A stretch of DNA of 64,000 bases from Elusimicrobiota bacterium (GTDB lineage Bacteria > Elusimicrobiota > Elusimicrobia > UBA1565 > UBA9628), in NCBI GenBank assembly GCA_028868375.1, contig JAGWUP010000002.1:193015-257014 (forward strand), written 5' to 3'. The position numbers and the translations under genes were made by a program. How positions within the stretch are numbered: the stretch's first letter is position 1; each line of letters opens with the position of its first letter. This document shows positions 27,014 to 34,994 of this stretch, in pieces. The notes under the pieces were generated by a model. The model was not told where the DNA came from. It ran no database searches and saw nothing but the letters and a program-made list of their open reading frames with translations.

Positions 27014-27751
27014 TTGCAAAGGGAGGCGGTCATGGATTACGAGCGCCGGCGCTCGAGCAGCCTGGACAAGGCGCTGGCCTCCTTTCCGTTCTCGAGGCTG
27101 CCGGAGGGGGAGATCCGACGGCTTCGCTCGGCCTTGCGCCCGGAGCGCTTTGGCGCCGGCGAGACGATCTTTCGCGAGGGAGAGCCGGCGGGCGGCTTTT
27201 GGGCTGTGCTGGAGGGGACGGTCCGCATCGTCGGCTTGTGCGGCGGCATGCGCCCCGTCGCTCTCGAGCGCCTGGGGCCGGGGCAGCTCTTCGGCCTTTA
27301 TTGCCGCGCCGGCGGCGGCGGCGAGTATCCTTGCACGGCCCTGGCCGAGCGGGAGGTCCTGGCGGCCCGAGTGCCGGATTCCGCCTACCAGCGCTGGCTC
27401 GGCGCCTATCCGGAGTTCGCGCGCGGCATCGTCGCGGCCTGCGCCGGACGGCTGGCGCGCATGAGGCGAGCCGCCGTCTCCGGGCGGGAGGGGGTCGAGC
27501 CGCGGCTGGCGCGCGCCCTGCTCTTGCGCTCGCGCGCGGACGGAGCGGTGGTGCGCATGACCAGGCGGGAGCTGGCCGGCGAGGTGGGCAGCGCCGTCGA
27601 GACGGTTTTCCGGGTGCTGGCGCGCTGGCGCCGGCGGGGGTGGCTTGCGACCGGACGCGGCCAAGTGCTGATCAAGAAGCCGGAGAAGCTGGCCCACGCG
27701 GCATGCCGCTATGATCGAGGTCATGGCGGCTCTTCGGGGACTTGCCTATAG
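27014..27751 (+). CDS. Crp/Fnr-family transcriptional regulator (cNMP-binding domain plus C-terminal HTH)
   Basis: A cNMP-binding beta-roll (GETIFREGEPAGGFWAVLEGTVRI) and a C-terminal HTH (MTRRELAGEVGSAVETVFRVLARW). The true start may be the ATG at 27032 (MDYERRR). Confidence 0.7.
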   Translation: MQREAVMDYERRRSSSLDKALASFPFSRLPEGEIRRLRSALRPERFGAGETIFREGEPAGGFWAVLEGTVRIVGLCGGMRPVALERLGPGQLFGLYCRAGGGGEYPCTALAEREVLAARVPDSAYQRWLGAYPEFARGIVAACAGRLARMRRAAVSGREGVEPRLARALLLRSRADGAVVRMTRRELAGEVGSAVETVFRVLARWRRRGWLATGRGQVLIKKPEKLAHAACRYDRGHGGSSGTCL

Positions 27752-28826
27752 TGAAAAGATGGCGGAAGATGCGGCGGCGCCATGCCGGCAGCGCGGCCTC
27801 GACGTCCTCTTCGGCAGGGCCTTGGCCCAGGCCCCCGACGGTTTTTGCGTCTCGCGCTCCGGGGTCTTGATCTACGCCAATCGGGCGGCCCAGAGGCTGC
27901 TCGGCTCTCCCGCCGAGCGGCTTTACGGCGGGCGGCTTCGCGAGGCGTTGTGCGCGCGGCTGGACTCCTTGGAATGCGCCGGCGAATGCCCGCTGCAGGC
28001 AGGCGACGGCGAGCGTCACGCGACGGCGTCGCGCGGGAAAGCCCCTGGCGGCGCGCTTGGCCGCGCAGGCCGGCGGGCGCTCAAGGTGCGCTGCCTAAGC
28101 CTCGAGGCCGAGGGGGACGGGCCCGGCCAGAAGCCCTGGACCCTGACCCTCATCGAGGAGACGAGCAAGGATGCCGAGAGGGAGCGGCGCAAGCGGTTGT
28201 GGCGCGGCGCGATCGCCGTGGATCTGCGCTCTCCCCTGAGCGCCGTCGCCTCGGCCCTGCGCCTGGCCGGCTCGCGGGAAAGCGAGGCCGCTTGCCGGCG
28301 CCTCCTGGCCGCGCTGAGCTTTTATCTGGACATCGGCGCCCTGCGGGCCGGAGCGCTGCCCCTGCGCCCGGAGGCGGTCGATCTACTCTTGGCCGCGCGC
28401 CGCTGCGTCTTGGCTTGCTCCGCCTGCGCCGCGCAGAAGGGCGTCGAGATCGGGCTGTCGGGAGAAGCGGGGCTGTCGGCCAGGGCCGATTCCGGGCTGC
28501 TTGCGCGCGTGATCGGCGGCTTGCTCGACAACGCCATTCGCTTTGCGCCCGCGGCGGGGACGGTCCGCCTCTCGGCGGGCCCCGCGCCCGGCTCGCGCGT
28601 GGCCTTGCGGGTGATCAACGAGGGGCGCGGCATGCCCTCCGGGGAGCTGGCCCGCATCTTCGAGCCCTGCGAGCGGGTGCCGCCGGCCCGCGTCGAGCGC
28701 TGGCGCAGCACCGGCCTGGCGTTGACGTTCTGCCGCGAGGCGGTCGGCCGGATGGGCGGCGAGGTGCTCGTCGAGTCCACGCCCGGCAGCCGGACGGCGT
28801 TCACGGTGCTGCTGCCGGCGGCCTGA
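27711..28826 (+). CDS. Sensor histidine kinase (PAS-like N-terminal region, degenerate HisKA, HATPase_c)
   Basis: A PAS-like region (FCVSRSGVLIYANRAAQRLLG). HATPase_c N/G-box regions (LLDNAIRFAPAAGTVRL; INEGRGMPSGELARIFEP; STGLALTFCREAV). The start is uncertain; an alternative ATG at 27759 avoids overlap with the Crp gene. Confidence 0.6.
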   Translation: MIEVMAALRGLAYSEKMAEDAAAPCRQRGLDVLFGRALAQAPDGFCVSRSGVLIYANRAAQRLLGSPAERLYGGRLREALCARLDSLECAGECPLQAGDGERHATASRGKAPGGALGRAGRRALKVRCLSLEAEGDGPGQKPWTLTLIEETSKDAERERRKRLWRGAIAVDLRSPLSAVASALRLAGSRESEAACRRLLAALSFYLDIGALRAGALPLRPEAVDLLLAARRCVLACSACAAQKGVEIGLSGEAGLSARADSGLLARVIGGLLDNAIRFAPAAGTVRLSAGPAPGSRVALRVINEGRGMPSGELARIFEPCERVPPARVERWRSTGLALTFCREAVGRMGGEVLVESTPGSRTAFTVLLPAA

Positions 28827-28860
28827 GCCGGCCGCTTCGTTGCAACAGATTCAAGAGCCA

Positions 28861-29030
28861 TGAACCTGTGCGTGGAGTGCCGCTGGTGCGAGTTGAGCGA
28901 GGATAAGCGCGGGCGTCTGCGCTACGTCTGCCGGCGCGAGGATGGGCGGGCGTTGGGCTGGGACGTCATACGCAAGAAGGCTTGTCCGAGCTTCTCGCAT
29001 CAGCTTCCCTCGGCGGTCTGGGGAGCCTAG
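28861..29030 (+). CDS. Possible small Cys-rich protein (56 aa, C-x2-C ... C ... C)
   Basis: An unannotated short ORF reading MNLCVECRWCELSEDKRGRLRYVCRREDGRALGWDVIRKKACPSF... There is no homology assessment. Confidence 0.25.
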
Positions 29031-29036
29031 CGGCTC

Positions 29037-29330
29037 CTAGTGTAGTGAATCATAAATCCCTTTGCATTTGGAGGCCCAATCCCGAGACGATTTCCAGGAG
29101 CGACGACCGAGAATAGCCGCAGCTATTTGAGGGAGAAGCGACGCAGAAATGGGCCGGGATTGGGCCTCCCCTGACTCTGAAGTCTTGATTGGGGAGGGGC
29201 AGCGCCATTTCGCCCGCCTGGCTTCGTTGCTCGTCGCTTGCATAGCTTAGGCTATGCGCGCTCCTCGCGCCTCGCCAGGCGCCAAACTGGCGCTGCCAAA
29301 TGCAAAGGGATTTATGATTCACTACACTAG
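29037..29330. mobile_element. MITE-like element (294 bp) with perfect 35-bp terminal inverted repeats
   Basis: The TIR ctagtgtagtgaatcataaatccctttgcatttgg (29037-71) pairs with ccaaatgcaaagggatttatgattcactacactag (29296-29330). The interior shares the family core (cgttgctcgtcgcttgcatagcttaggctatgcgcgctcctcgc, compared with cgtcgttcgtcgctcgcata... in the other copies). Confidence 0.6.
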
Positions 29331-30967
29331 AGCGAGCGCGACAGGAGGATCAGGGCCGCGCCGGCGAGAAGGACCAGCCACCACCAGGAAGGCCGCGGCT
29401 TGGCGGCCAAACCGCGCAGCCACAGCCACCAGGCTTGCCAGCGCGGCTGGTCGCGGTTGAACCGCCCCGGCGGGGGAGGCGTGCCGTGCTCGACGGCGGC
29501 GGGCAGGGCCCGAACCTGCTTGGGCGACAGGCCCATCTGGGAAGCCAGCGCCATGACCTGCTGGCGCTCCGCCATCGTCAGCTCGCGCCCGCTCATGCCG
29601 AGCATCCGCGCCACTTTTTCCTCGACGGCGGACATCGCGGGCGAGGCGTTCTGCGGCAGTTGATCCAGGGCGTCGGCGATCTGGGGGCCATCCGTGGAGC
29701 CGTCGTTGGAGGCGTCCTTGAGCATCTTCTGGATGTCGGCCAGCTCCTTTTTTTCCTCGTCGGTCAGCTCGTCGGAGCCGTTGTCCTGCTCGCCGCCCTG
29801 TGAGGCCTGTCCCGACTGCGCCGAGCCCTGAGCGCCGTGCAATCCCCCCGGCGCCAGATCCGTTCCCCCGGAGTCCTCGCCGGGCTGCGGCGCCATGCCG
29901 GAGGCGGTTCCGGCCGCGCCCGAGACCGCCGCCCCCGAGTAGGCGCCTCCTGCTGCGGCCCGGCCGGCGGGGGTCGCTGCGCCGGAAGCGTAGCCGCCTC
30001 GGCCTGCGGCATAGCGCTTGGCGCCGCGGCCGGCCGGAGAATAGCCCGTTGCCGAGGATGTTCTTGCTCCTCCGGGCATGGAGCCGTGGCCGCCGGCGCG
30101 GCGGCTGCCGCCGTTAAGCGCCCGGAAGGCCGCCGCTCCCGCGTTGGGGCCGGCCAGATTGTCCTGCTTCAAGCCGAAGCCGCGCTTGGCCTGATCGGCC
30201 GCCTCTCCGCCGAGAGCGGCTCCCTCGCCTCCGCCGGCCGGATGGCCGCTGACGCTGTCTCCGCCGCCGCCGGAATCGGTGGAGCCGCCCCCGTCGCTCG
30301 AGCCTCCCTCGTCCGCCGAGCCGCCCGCATCGGAGGGGGCGCCGGAGCCTCCCGTCCTCCCTGCGGCCGGAGTTCCGCCGGGCGAGACGGTCCGGTTGGC
30401 GGCCGGGGCCTTGTCCTTGGCGGCCGGAGGGGGAGCGGTTTCCGGCGGCCCGTTTTGTTGGCGGTCTAGGTAGGCCCTGGCGGCGCGGAGATTCCCCAGG
30501 TTTCTGTTGGCGATGTCATTCAGGTCGCCTGCATTAAAATTTTTGGCGCCGACCAGGGCATCCACGATGTTTTTCCTCTCTAAGCTGTCGGGCGGCAACG
30601 GCTTGGGCAGGGCCTGGGCCAGGTTAGGATATTGCGTGGCCAAGAGTTGGTATGTCTTGTTGTCTTGCGCGATCTGCTTCGGGGTGAGCGGCTGGTCGAA
30701 TGCTGCCGGTGGCGCGGGCTCGCCCGCTAGCTCATGCAGGAGCAGGTTGGTGACGGCCAGGCGGCGGTAGGTCAGCTCGTCGCCTGTAAGTAGAACCTGG
30801 TTTCCATCGGCATCGGTCCGGCTCTCGTAGAGGCCGCTGTCGTACTGGGGCAGGAATTGCTTGATTTCCGCCAGGAGCTTCTGTTGGGTGTCCGTCTCCG
30901 CCGCATGGGCCGAGGCGCCCAGCAAGGCGACCAAAAGCAGCGCCGCGCGCATGAGGATCCGCGTCAC
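29327..30967 (-). CDS. Secreted low-complexity Gly/Ser/Ala-rich protein with a C-terminal hydrophobic anchor (546 aa)
   Basis: Signal peptide (MRAALLLVALLGASAHA), an ordered N-terminal ~190 aa, then a long GGS/GSA-rich tract and a C-terminal W-rich TM segment (WQAWWLWLRGLAAKPRPSWWWLVLLAGAALILL). Confidence 0.5.
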   Translation of the reverse strand: MTRILMRAALLLVALLGASAHAAETDTQQKLLAEIKQFLPQYDSGLYESRTDADGNQVLLTGDELTYRRLAVTNLLLHELAGEPAPPAAFDQPLTPKQIAQDNKTYQLLATQYPNLAQALPKPLPPDSLERKNIVDALVGAKNFNAGDLNDIANRNLGNLRAARAYLDRQQNGPPETAPPPAAKDKAPAANRTVSPGGTPAAGRTGGSGAPSDAGGSADEGGSSDGGGSTDSGGGGDSVSGHPAGGGEGAALGGEAADQAKRGFGLKQDNLAGPNAGAAAFRALNGGSRRAGGHGSMPGGARTSSATGYSPAGRGAKRYAAGRGGYASGAATPAGRAAAGGAYSGAAVSGAAGTASGMAPQPGEDSGGTDLAPGGLHGAQGSAQSGQASQGGEQDNGSDELTDEEKKELADIQKMLKDASNDGSTDGPQIADALDQLPQNASPAMSAVEEKVARMLGMSGRELTMAERQQVMALASQMGLSPKQVRALPAAVEHGTPPPPGRFNRDQPRWQAWWLWLRGLAAKPRPSWWWLVLLAGAALILLSRSL

Positions 30968-30999
30968 AAGTTGAGTGTAGCGGCCTGGCGGGGAAATTC

Positions 31000-31465
31000 A
31001 AGCCCCGTCCATCTTCCCGATCCTCGGCTAAGAAGCGCAGGCGGCGGGTCCTGATGGCTGCGGACGCGGCTTCGCTGCGCCCCCGTAGGACCTGTGACAC
31101 GATTATATAGACGATTTGGAGGCATGAGCTTGAGGCGATTTCGAGGCGCGAGGAGGGAGCATGGCGATCGCCATGTGACCGACGAGCAACGAAGAAATCG
31201 ACCAAGATCATGCCTCTGCCCTACGCCCGGGCGATTTTGGGCTGCGCCTGCGTCGTTCGTCGCTCGCATACCGCTGCGGGTATGCTCGCTCCTCGCTCCT
31301 TGGCTCGCTCCAAAATCGCCTCGGCCAAATCGTCTATATAATCGCGTCACAGGTCCTCAGTGCTCGCTCGCCGCGTTCCTCGCCATCACCCACCGCAGCG
31401 CTTCTTCGCTGAAGCTCTGGCCGCGTCGACTTTTCACCGGTGAGGCGAGATCATGGCAGCGCAAT
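31000..31465. mobile_element. MITE-like palindromic element, family copy B (inverted relative to copy A), carrying a duplicated hmgA 5' fragment at its right end
   Basis: The terminal repeat cggctaagaagcgc (31025-38) pairs with gcgcttcttcgctgaag (31398-31414). Inner repeat: ggacctgtgacacgattatatagacgatttgg pairs with ccaaatcgtctatataatcgcgtcacaggtcc. The centre reads gcatggcgatcgccatgtgaccgacgagcaacg. The right flank cttttcaccggtgaggcgagatcATGGCAGCGCAATCGGGGCAG resembles the hmgA start region (ATGGCAGCACAGCCGGGGCAG at 25529) and is followed by a stop after 11 codons. Confidence 0.55.
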
Positions 31466-31488
31466 CGGGGCAGATCGACGGCATTTAG
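31453..31488 (+). pseudogene. Duplicated hmgA start fragment (MAAQSGQIDGI*)
   Basis: The first 7 codons match the hmgA N-terminus MAAQPGQ at 18 of 21 nt, and ~25 nt of upstream sequence is also shared (cttttcaccgg...atcATGGCAGC). Confidence 0.5.
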
Positions 31489-31504
31489 GGCGTCTTAATC
31501 AATA

Positions 31505-31568
31505 AGTGACACACTTCGCTGGGACGATTTTGGAGCGAGCCAAGGTGCGGCGAGCGACGCAGGTCCTT
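31505..31568. repeat. Fragment of the same MITE-like family
   Basis: gacgattttggagcgagccaaggtgcggcgagcgacgcaggtcc resembles the inner arm of copy A (gacgattttggagcgagccgaggagtgaggagcgagc ... ggacctgcgtc). Confidence 0.3.
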
Positions 31569-32385
31569 AGAGGCAGGAGCGCGCGGCCAGATGCGTCGGG
31601 TTGAGGTTCTCGGAGGCGTTGATCGGAGACCAGTAGATGCTCCCGCCGCCGCCGTCGCCGGCCGAAAACCCCGCGGCGCCGCCTCCGTCGAAGAGCACCG
31701 CGTCGGTGGCGCCGAGCCGGCGCATGAGCGCCGCCATCCCGGCCAGGGTGGCCCCGCGCGGCCTGAGGATGTCCCCGCTCAGGATCGACTGGGCCGACTG
31801 CGGCGCGCTGACGATCAGCAATTGCTGGCGGCCGTCGACCGTCCGCAGTCCCACGGCGGTGCGCGCGGCGGGGCGCGAAAGCATGTCCGGAGAAAAGCTT
31901 TCTCCGGGAGTCGAGCCCCGCGGCAGGTTGTCGGCGCTAAGGTCCTTGCCGTCGAGCAGAAGAATCGCTCCGCCGCCCAGATAAAGATCCATCGTCTCGA
32001 TCGCCTCGTCGTCGCGCGCGATCGCCAGAGTGCCTTTGCCGCGCAGCCGTCCCAGCGCCCAACGCCGGCCCAGGTCGACGACCCGGCCGTCGCCGGGGCG
32101 GAGGACTCGGTAGCGGGGATGGTACTCTCTTCCGTCGGAGGCCAGCACGTCGCCCATGGGCTGTCCTTGCCCGAAATAGGTGCCGTTGACGACGACTGTT
32201 CCCAGGCCGCGCGCTCGCCAGAAGCGCATCGGCTCATAGGAGACGATCAAATTGTCGGAGGGACGCTCGATGACGGCGAGAGCGTAATCCACGCCCCTGT
32301 CGTAGGCCTTTTCCCAGCACCGTTGGGGGCCTATGTCCGCGCGCGCCGCCAGCGCCCACGCCGCCGCCGCCATCCACTCGATCAT
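31567..32385 (-). CDS. Hypothetical protein, possibly phosphodiester glycosidase (DUF2233/NAGPA-like) family
   Basis: NGTYFGQG ... GGGAILLLDGKDL ... DGRQQLLIVSAPQS ... AVLFDGGGAAGF resembles the NAGPA-domain pattern (NGGFF...GGPxLLxDG...DGGGS). The assignment is by pattern only. Confidence 0.4.
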   Translation of the reverse strand: MIEWMAAAAWALAARADIGPQRCWEKAYDRGVDYALAVIERPSDNLIVSYEPMRFWRARGLGTVVVNGTYFGQGQPMGDVLASDGREYHPRYRVLRPGDGRVVDLGRRWALGRLRGKGTLAIARDDEAIETMDLYLGGGAILLLDGKDLSADNLPRGSTPGESFSPDMLSRPAARTAVGLRTVDGRQQLLIVSAPQSAQSILSGDILRPRGATLAGMAALMRRLGATDAVLFDGGGAAGFSAGDGGGGSIYWSPINASENLNPTHLAARSCL

Positions 32386-32511
32386 GCCCGCAGTTTACGG
32401 GTGCTCGGCGAGCGCGCCAATGCCCGAAGGACCTATTTAGTTGGCAGTCTTTAGACCCATGCTCTTCGATGTGGCCTTGCGCGATCCGAGTCGGGCAGCT
32501 ATGCTTGTCTC

Positions 32512-33009
32512 GTGAGCGCGAGATATCTCCTGGCTGCCTGTTTCCTGTTCTTGCGGGCTTCGGCCTTCGCCGCGCCGGGATGCCTTTTTCGCTTCAAGGG
32601 AAGTTACAGGGATTCCGGAACGCAGTTTGTCCCTGTTGTCATCGCCTTCCCGGGTTTTATTTGGATTGGGGGAATGACAGGTTCTCTTGATGCCGCGGAC
32701 CAGATTAAAGTTTCGCTCGATGTATTGCAAAAAGGTCGGGCCTGGAGGTGGAGCTACGCCGGGGATTTCAAGCCCTCCGTTTGGCCGCAGGCCGATTTGA
32801 GATGGAGAAGCAACAAAGACGACCCGAAATGCCAGGTGTCTGTCTGGCTTCTGAATCATTACGATCAGTATGGGTCGGTCGCCGCCGGGATTGGACAAAT
32901 CGTGAGCCATTGCAGCGAGCCTGGAAGCCGTTGCCGGGACAGTGTTCCTGAAGGAGTAAAACGCCACTTCCCCAACAAATTCCCGTGGGAGAAGTTCAGT
33001 CTTCCCTGA
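32512..33009 (+). CDS. Small secreted hypothetical protein (165 aa) in a locally low-GC segment
   Basis: Signal peptide (MSARYLLAACFLFLRASAFAAPG). GC is visibly lower at 32440-33010 than in the surroundings. The overlapping minus-strand ORF 32437..32967 has no signal or motif and is considered less likely. Confidence 0.4.
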   Translation: MSARYLLAACFLFLRASAFAAPGCLFRFKGSYRDSGTQFVPVVIAFPGFIWIGGMTGSLDAADQIKVSLDVLQKGRAWRWSYAGDFKPSVWPQADLRWRSNKDDPKCQVSVWLLNHYDQYGSVAAGIGQIVSHCSEPGSRCRDSVPEGVKRHFPNKFPWEKFSLP

Positions 33010-33054
33010 AATCCGTTCCCTTTCCGCGTGAGGGCGCAGGGCTGGGCCTCGAGG

Positions 33055-34023
33055 TCAGTACGAGGCCAAGGCGCCGGGGCGGGCGTAGCCGGCGACCCCG
33101 AAGCGCGTGCCCTTGGGGCGCAACAGGACCAAGTGCAGAGTGACGCCGGAGCGGCGGCCCGCCGCGCCGAGCAGCACGGCGCGCTGGCCGGGCCTGGTGC
33201 CGCCTCCGACGTAGAACTCGACGTGGGTGACGCCGTCGTTGGGAGGGCGCTCGCCGGGCCGCAGGATGTAGGAGTAGGTATTCTGAAAAAAGATCAGGTC
33301 CCCGGGGCGCGGATCGCGGGAGAAGGAGAGGCCGGCGGCGTCGGCGCGGGCCTGGTCGTATTGGCCGTCGGCGGTGTTCAGCCAGGTGGGGGCCTCGGAC
33401 ATCGTCTTGGTGAAGGTTCCGCAATTGAAGGTGTCGATGTTGTTGGGGTGGTAGAGATTGTAGCGGTCGCCGATGTGCTGGGCGGCGTTGTAGAGGGCGA
33501 GTAGGTACGGGTGAGCCAGGCGGGCGAAGAGGCCTTGGTAGCGGACCATGTCCTGGCGGCGCGCGTCGAGCAGCTTGGCGGTGTCGGGATCGACGGCGCG
33601 GATGTCGCCGGGCAGGGCGTAGATGGCCTTGAACAGGGCCAAGGCGGCGTAGATCTGCGGCAGGCTTTTCAGCTGCAGGCGGTGGTTCCAATCGGCCAGG
33701 ACCGCTTTCAACTCGGCCAGCCGCGGGTCCTTCATGGTCGCCGGGCTGAGATAGAAGCCGGCCAGGGACGCGGGCTCGCCGTGGACCGCCGGCGCGGGCA
33801 GGTCCGAGGTTTCTTCTTTAAGGACAGGATGGACGACGGGGAACTTGGGCGCCATCGCGCTGACGAGAGCGTCGACTCTTTCGGCCCGCGCCTTCACCGT
33901 GGCGGTGGAGACATCGCCCGCCTGCGCCAAGCGCGAAATCTCGGCCTGATAGGGGTGGGGCTGGGCGCAGACCCTTCCCGCCAACCCGACGGCCATCGCG
34001 ACGGCGAGGTTGAAGCTCTTCAT
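33055..34023 (-). CDS. Secreted papain-fold hydrolase, NlpC/P60-like (putative)
   Basis: Signal peptide from an internal ATG (MKSFNLAVAMAVGLAGRVCAQ). A Cys...His arrangement (FNCGTFTKTM ... GDLIFFQNTYSY ... THVEFYVGGG) resembles the C40 pattern (DCSG ... GDLvFF ... HVgIYiG). The ORF as listed extends to 34089. Confidence 0.4.
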   Translation of the reverse strand: MKSFNLAVAMAVGLAGRVCAQPHPYQAEISRLAQAGDVSTATVKARAERVDALVSAMAPKFPVVHPVLKEETSDLPAPAVHGEPASLAGFYLSPATMKDPRLAELKAVLADWNHRLQLKSLPQIYAALALFKAIYALPGDIRAVDPDTAKLLDARRQDMVRYQGLFARLAHPYLLALYNAAQHIGDRYNLYHPNNIDTFNCGTFTKTMSEAPTWLNTADGQYDQARADAAGLSFSRDPRPGDLIFFQNTYSYILRPGERPPNDGVTHVEFYVGGGTRPGQRAVLLGAAGRRSGVTLHLVLLRPKGTRFGVAGYARPGALASY

Positions 34024-34112
34024 GCCTTCAGGGTAGCGGAGGCGGGCCGCTCTCGGATGGGCCAAAGGTCCTATTTGCCGAATTTTCATCGTCCTGCTAA
34101 TTCTGCTACAGT

Positions 34113-34916
34113 GTGGCCGTGGACGAGGCGTATTTTCCCTTGCGGGATTGGCGCTTGTTCCGACTGGCCGGAGCGGACCGCAAGGACTTCCTGCACGGCC
34201 TGGTCACCAACGACGTCAAGGCCCTGGCGCCGGGCCGGGAGCTGCCCTGCTGCCTGCTCACGCCCAAGGGCCTGCTACAGGCCCATTTCTGGGTCTATGA
34301 ATGGAAGGAGGCGCTGCTCTTGGCCTGCCCTCCCGAGACCGCGGAGAGCTTGGCGGCCGTAATCCGCAAGCTCGAGGCGCTCAGCGACAGCCGCCTGTCG
34401 GAGGAGTCCGCTCGTTGGCTGGCCTACTGGCGCAGCCGGCCTTGGAAGGAAGGCAGCCTGCCGTTTTCGCCCCTGGGGCCCGGCGGCGCCCTGGTTTTGC
34501 TTGAGCCCGCTCTGCGCGCCGATTTCGAGGCCTGCGGCCGGCGGCTGCCGGACGCGGAATTCGAGCGGCTGCGCGTCGAGGCGGGCTGGCCGCGCTTCGG
34601 CGTCGACATGGACGGCGGGACCATCCCCCTGGAGGCCAGGCTGGAATCGGCGATCAGTTACACCAAGGGCTGCTACATGGGCCAGGAGACGATCTCCCGC
34701 ATCCGTCATCTAGGCCATGTCAACCGCCGGCTCTTCCGCCTGCGCTTCAAGGGCCCGGCGCCCAGGGCCGGCGCGCCGGTCAGCGCCGCGGGCCGCGAGG
34801 CGGGGCGCTTGACCAGCGCGGCCGGGCAGGCCGGCCTGGCGCTCCTGCGCTGCGACGCCGTCGCGCCCGGCTCCCGGGTCCTCTGCGACGGGCAGCCCGC
34901 CGTCGTGCTGGACTAA
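34113..34916 (+). CDS. ygfZ: YgfZ/CAF17-family folate-binding protein (GcvT-like)
   Basis: Signature motif ISYTKGCYMGQE (K-G-C-Y-x-G-Q-E) plus a GcvT-like N-terminal fold. Confidence 0.7.
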   Translation: MAVDEAYFPLRDWRLFRLAGADRKDFLHGLVTNDVKALAPGRELPCCLLTPKGLLQAHFWVYEWKEALLLACPPETAESLAAVIRKLEALSDSRLSEESARWLAYWRSRPWKEGSLPFSPLGPGGALVLLEPALRADFEACGRRLPDAEFERLRVEAGWPRFGVDMDGGTIPLEARLESAISYTKGCYMGQETISRIRHLGHVNRRLFRLRFKGPAPRAGAPVSAAGREAGRLTSAAGQAGLALLRCDAVAPGSRVLCDGQPAVVLD

Positions 34917-34994
34917 GCCCGCGTAGCGGGCTTGCGTCTGGCCGGATAGGGAAAGTGTGTCAGGCCATGACGGCCCGCGTAGCCGGCTTGAATC

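Noticed and set aside
26984-27724. 246-aa minus-strand ORF
   Set aside because: Antisense to the Crp/Fnr regulator, which has clear cNMP-binding and HTH motifs.
30964-31498. Mirror-image small ORFs on both strands (MTRLYRRFG...) inside the palindromic element
   Set aside because: The same peptide appears on both strands because the DNA is a palindrome. This is most likely non-coding repeat sequence rather than a protein.
32437-32967. 176-aa minus-strand ORF in the low-GC pocket
   Set aside because: No signal peptide or motif. The overlapping plus-strand ORF has a convincing signal peptide, so only that one is listed, at low confidence.
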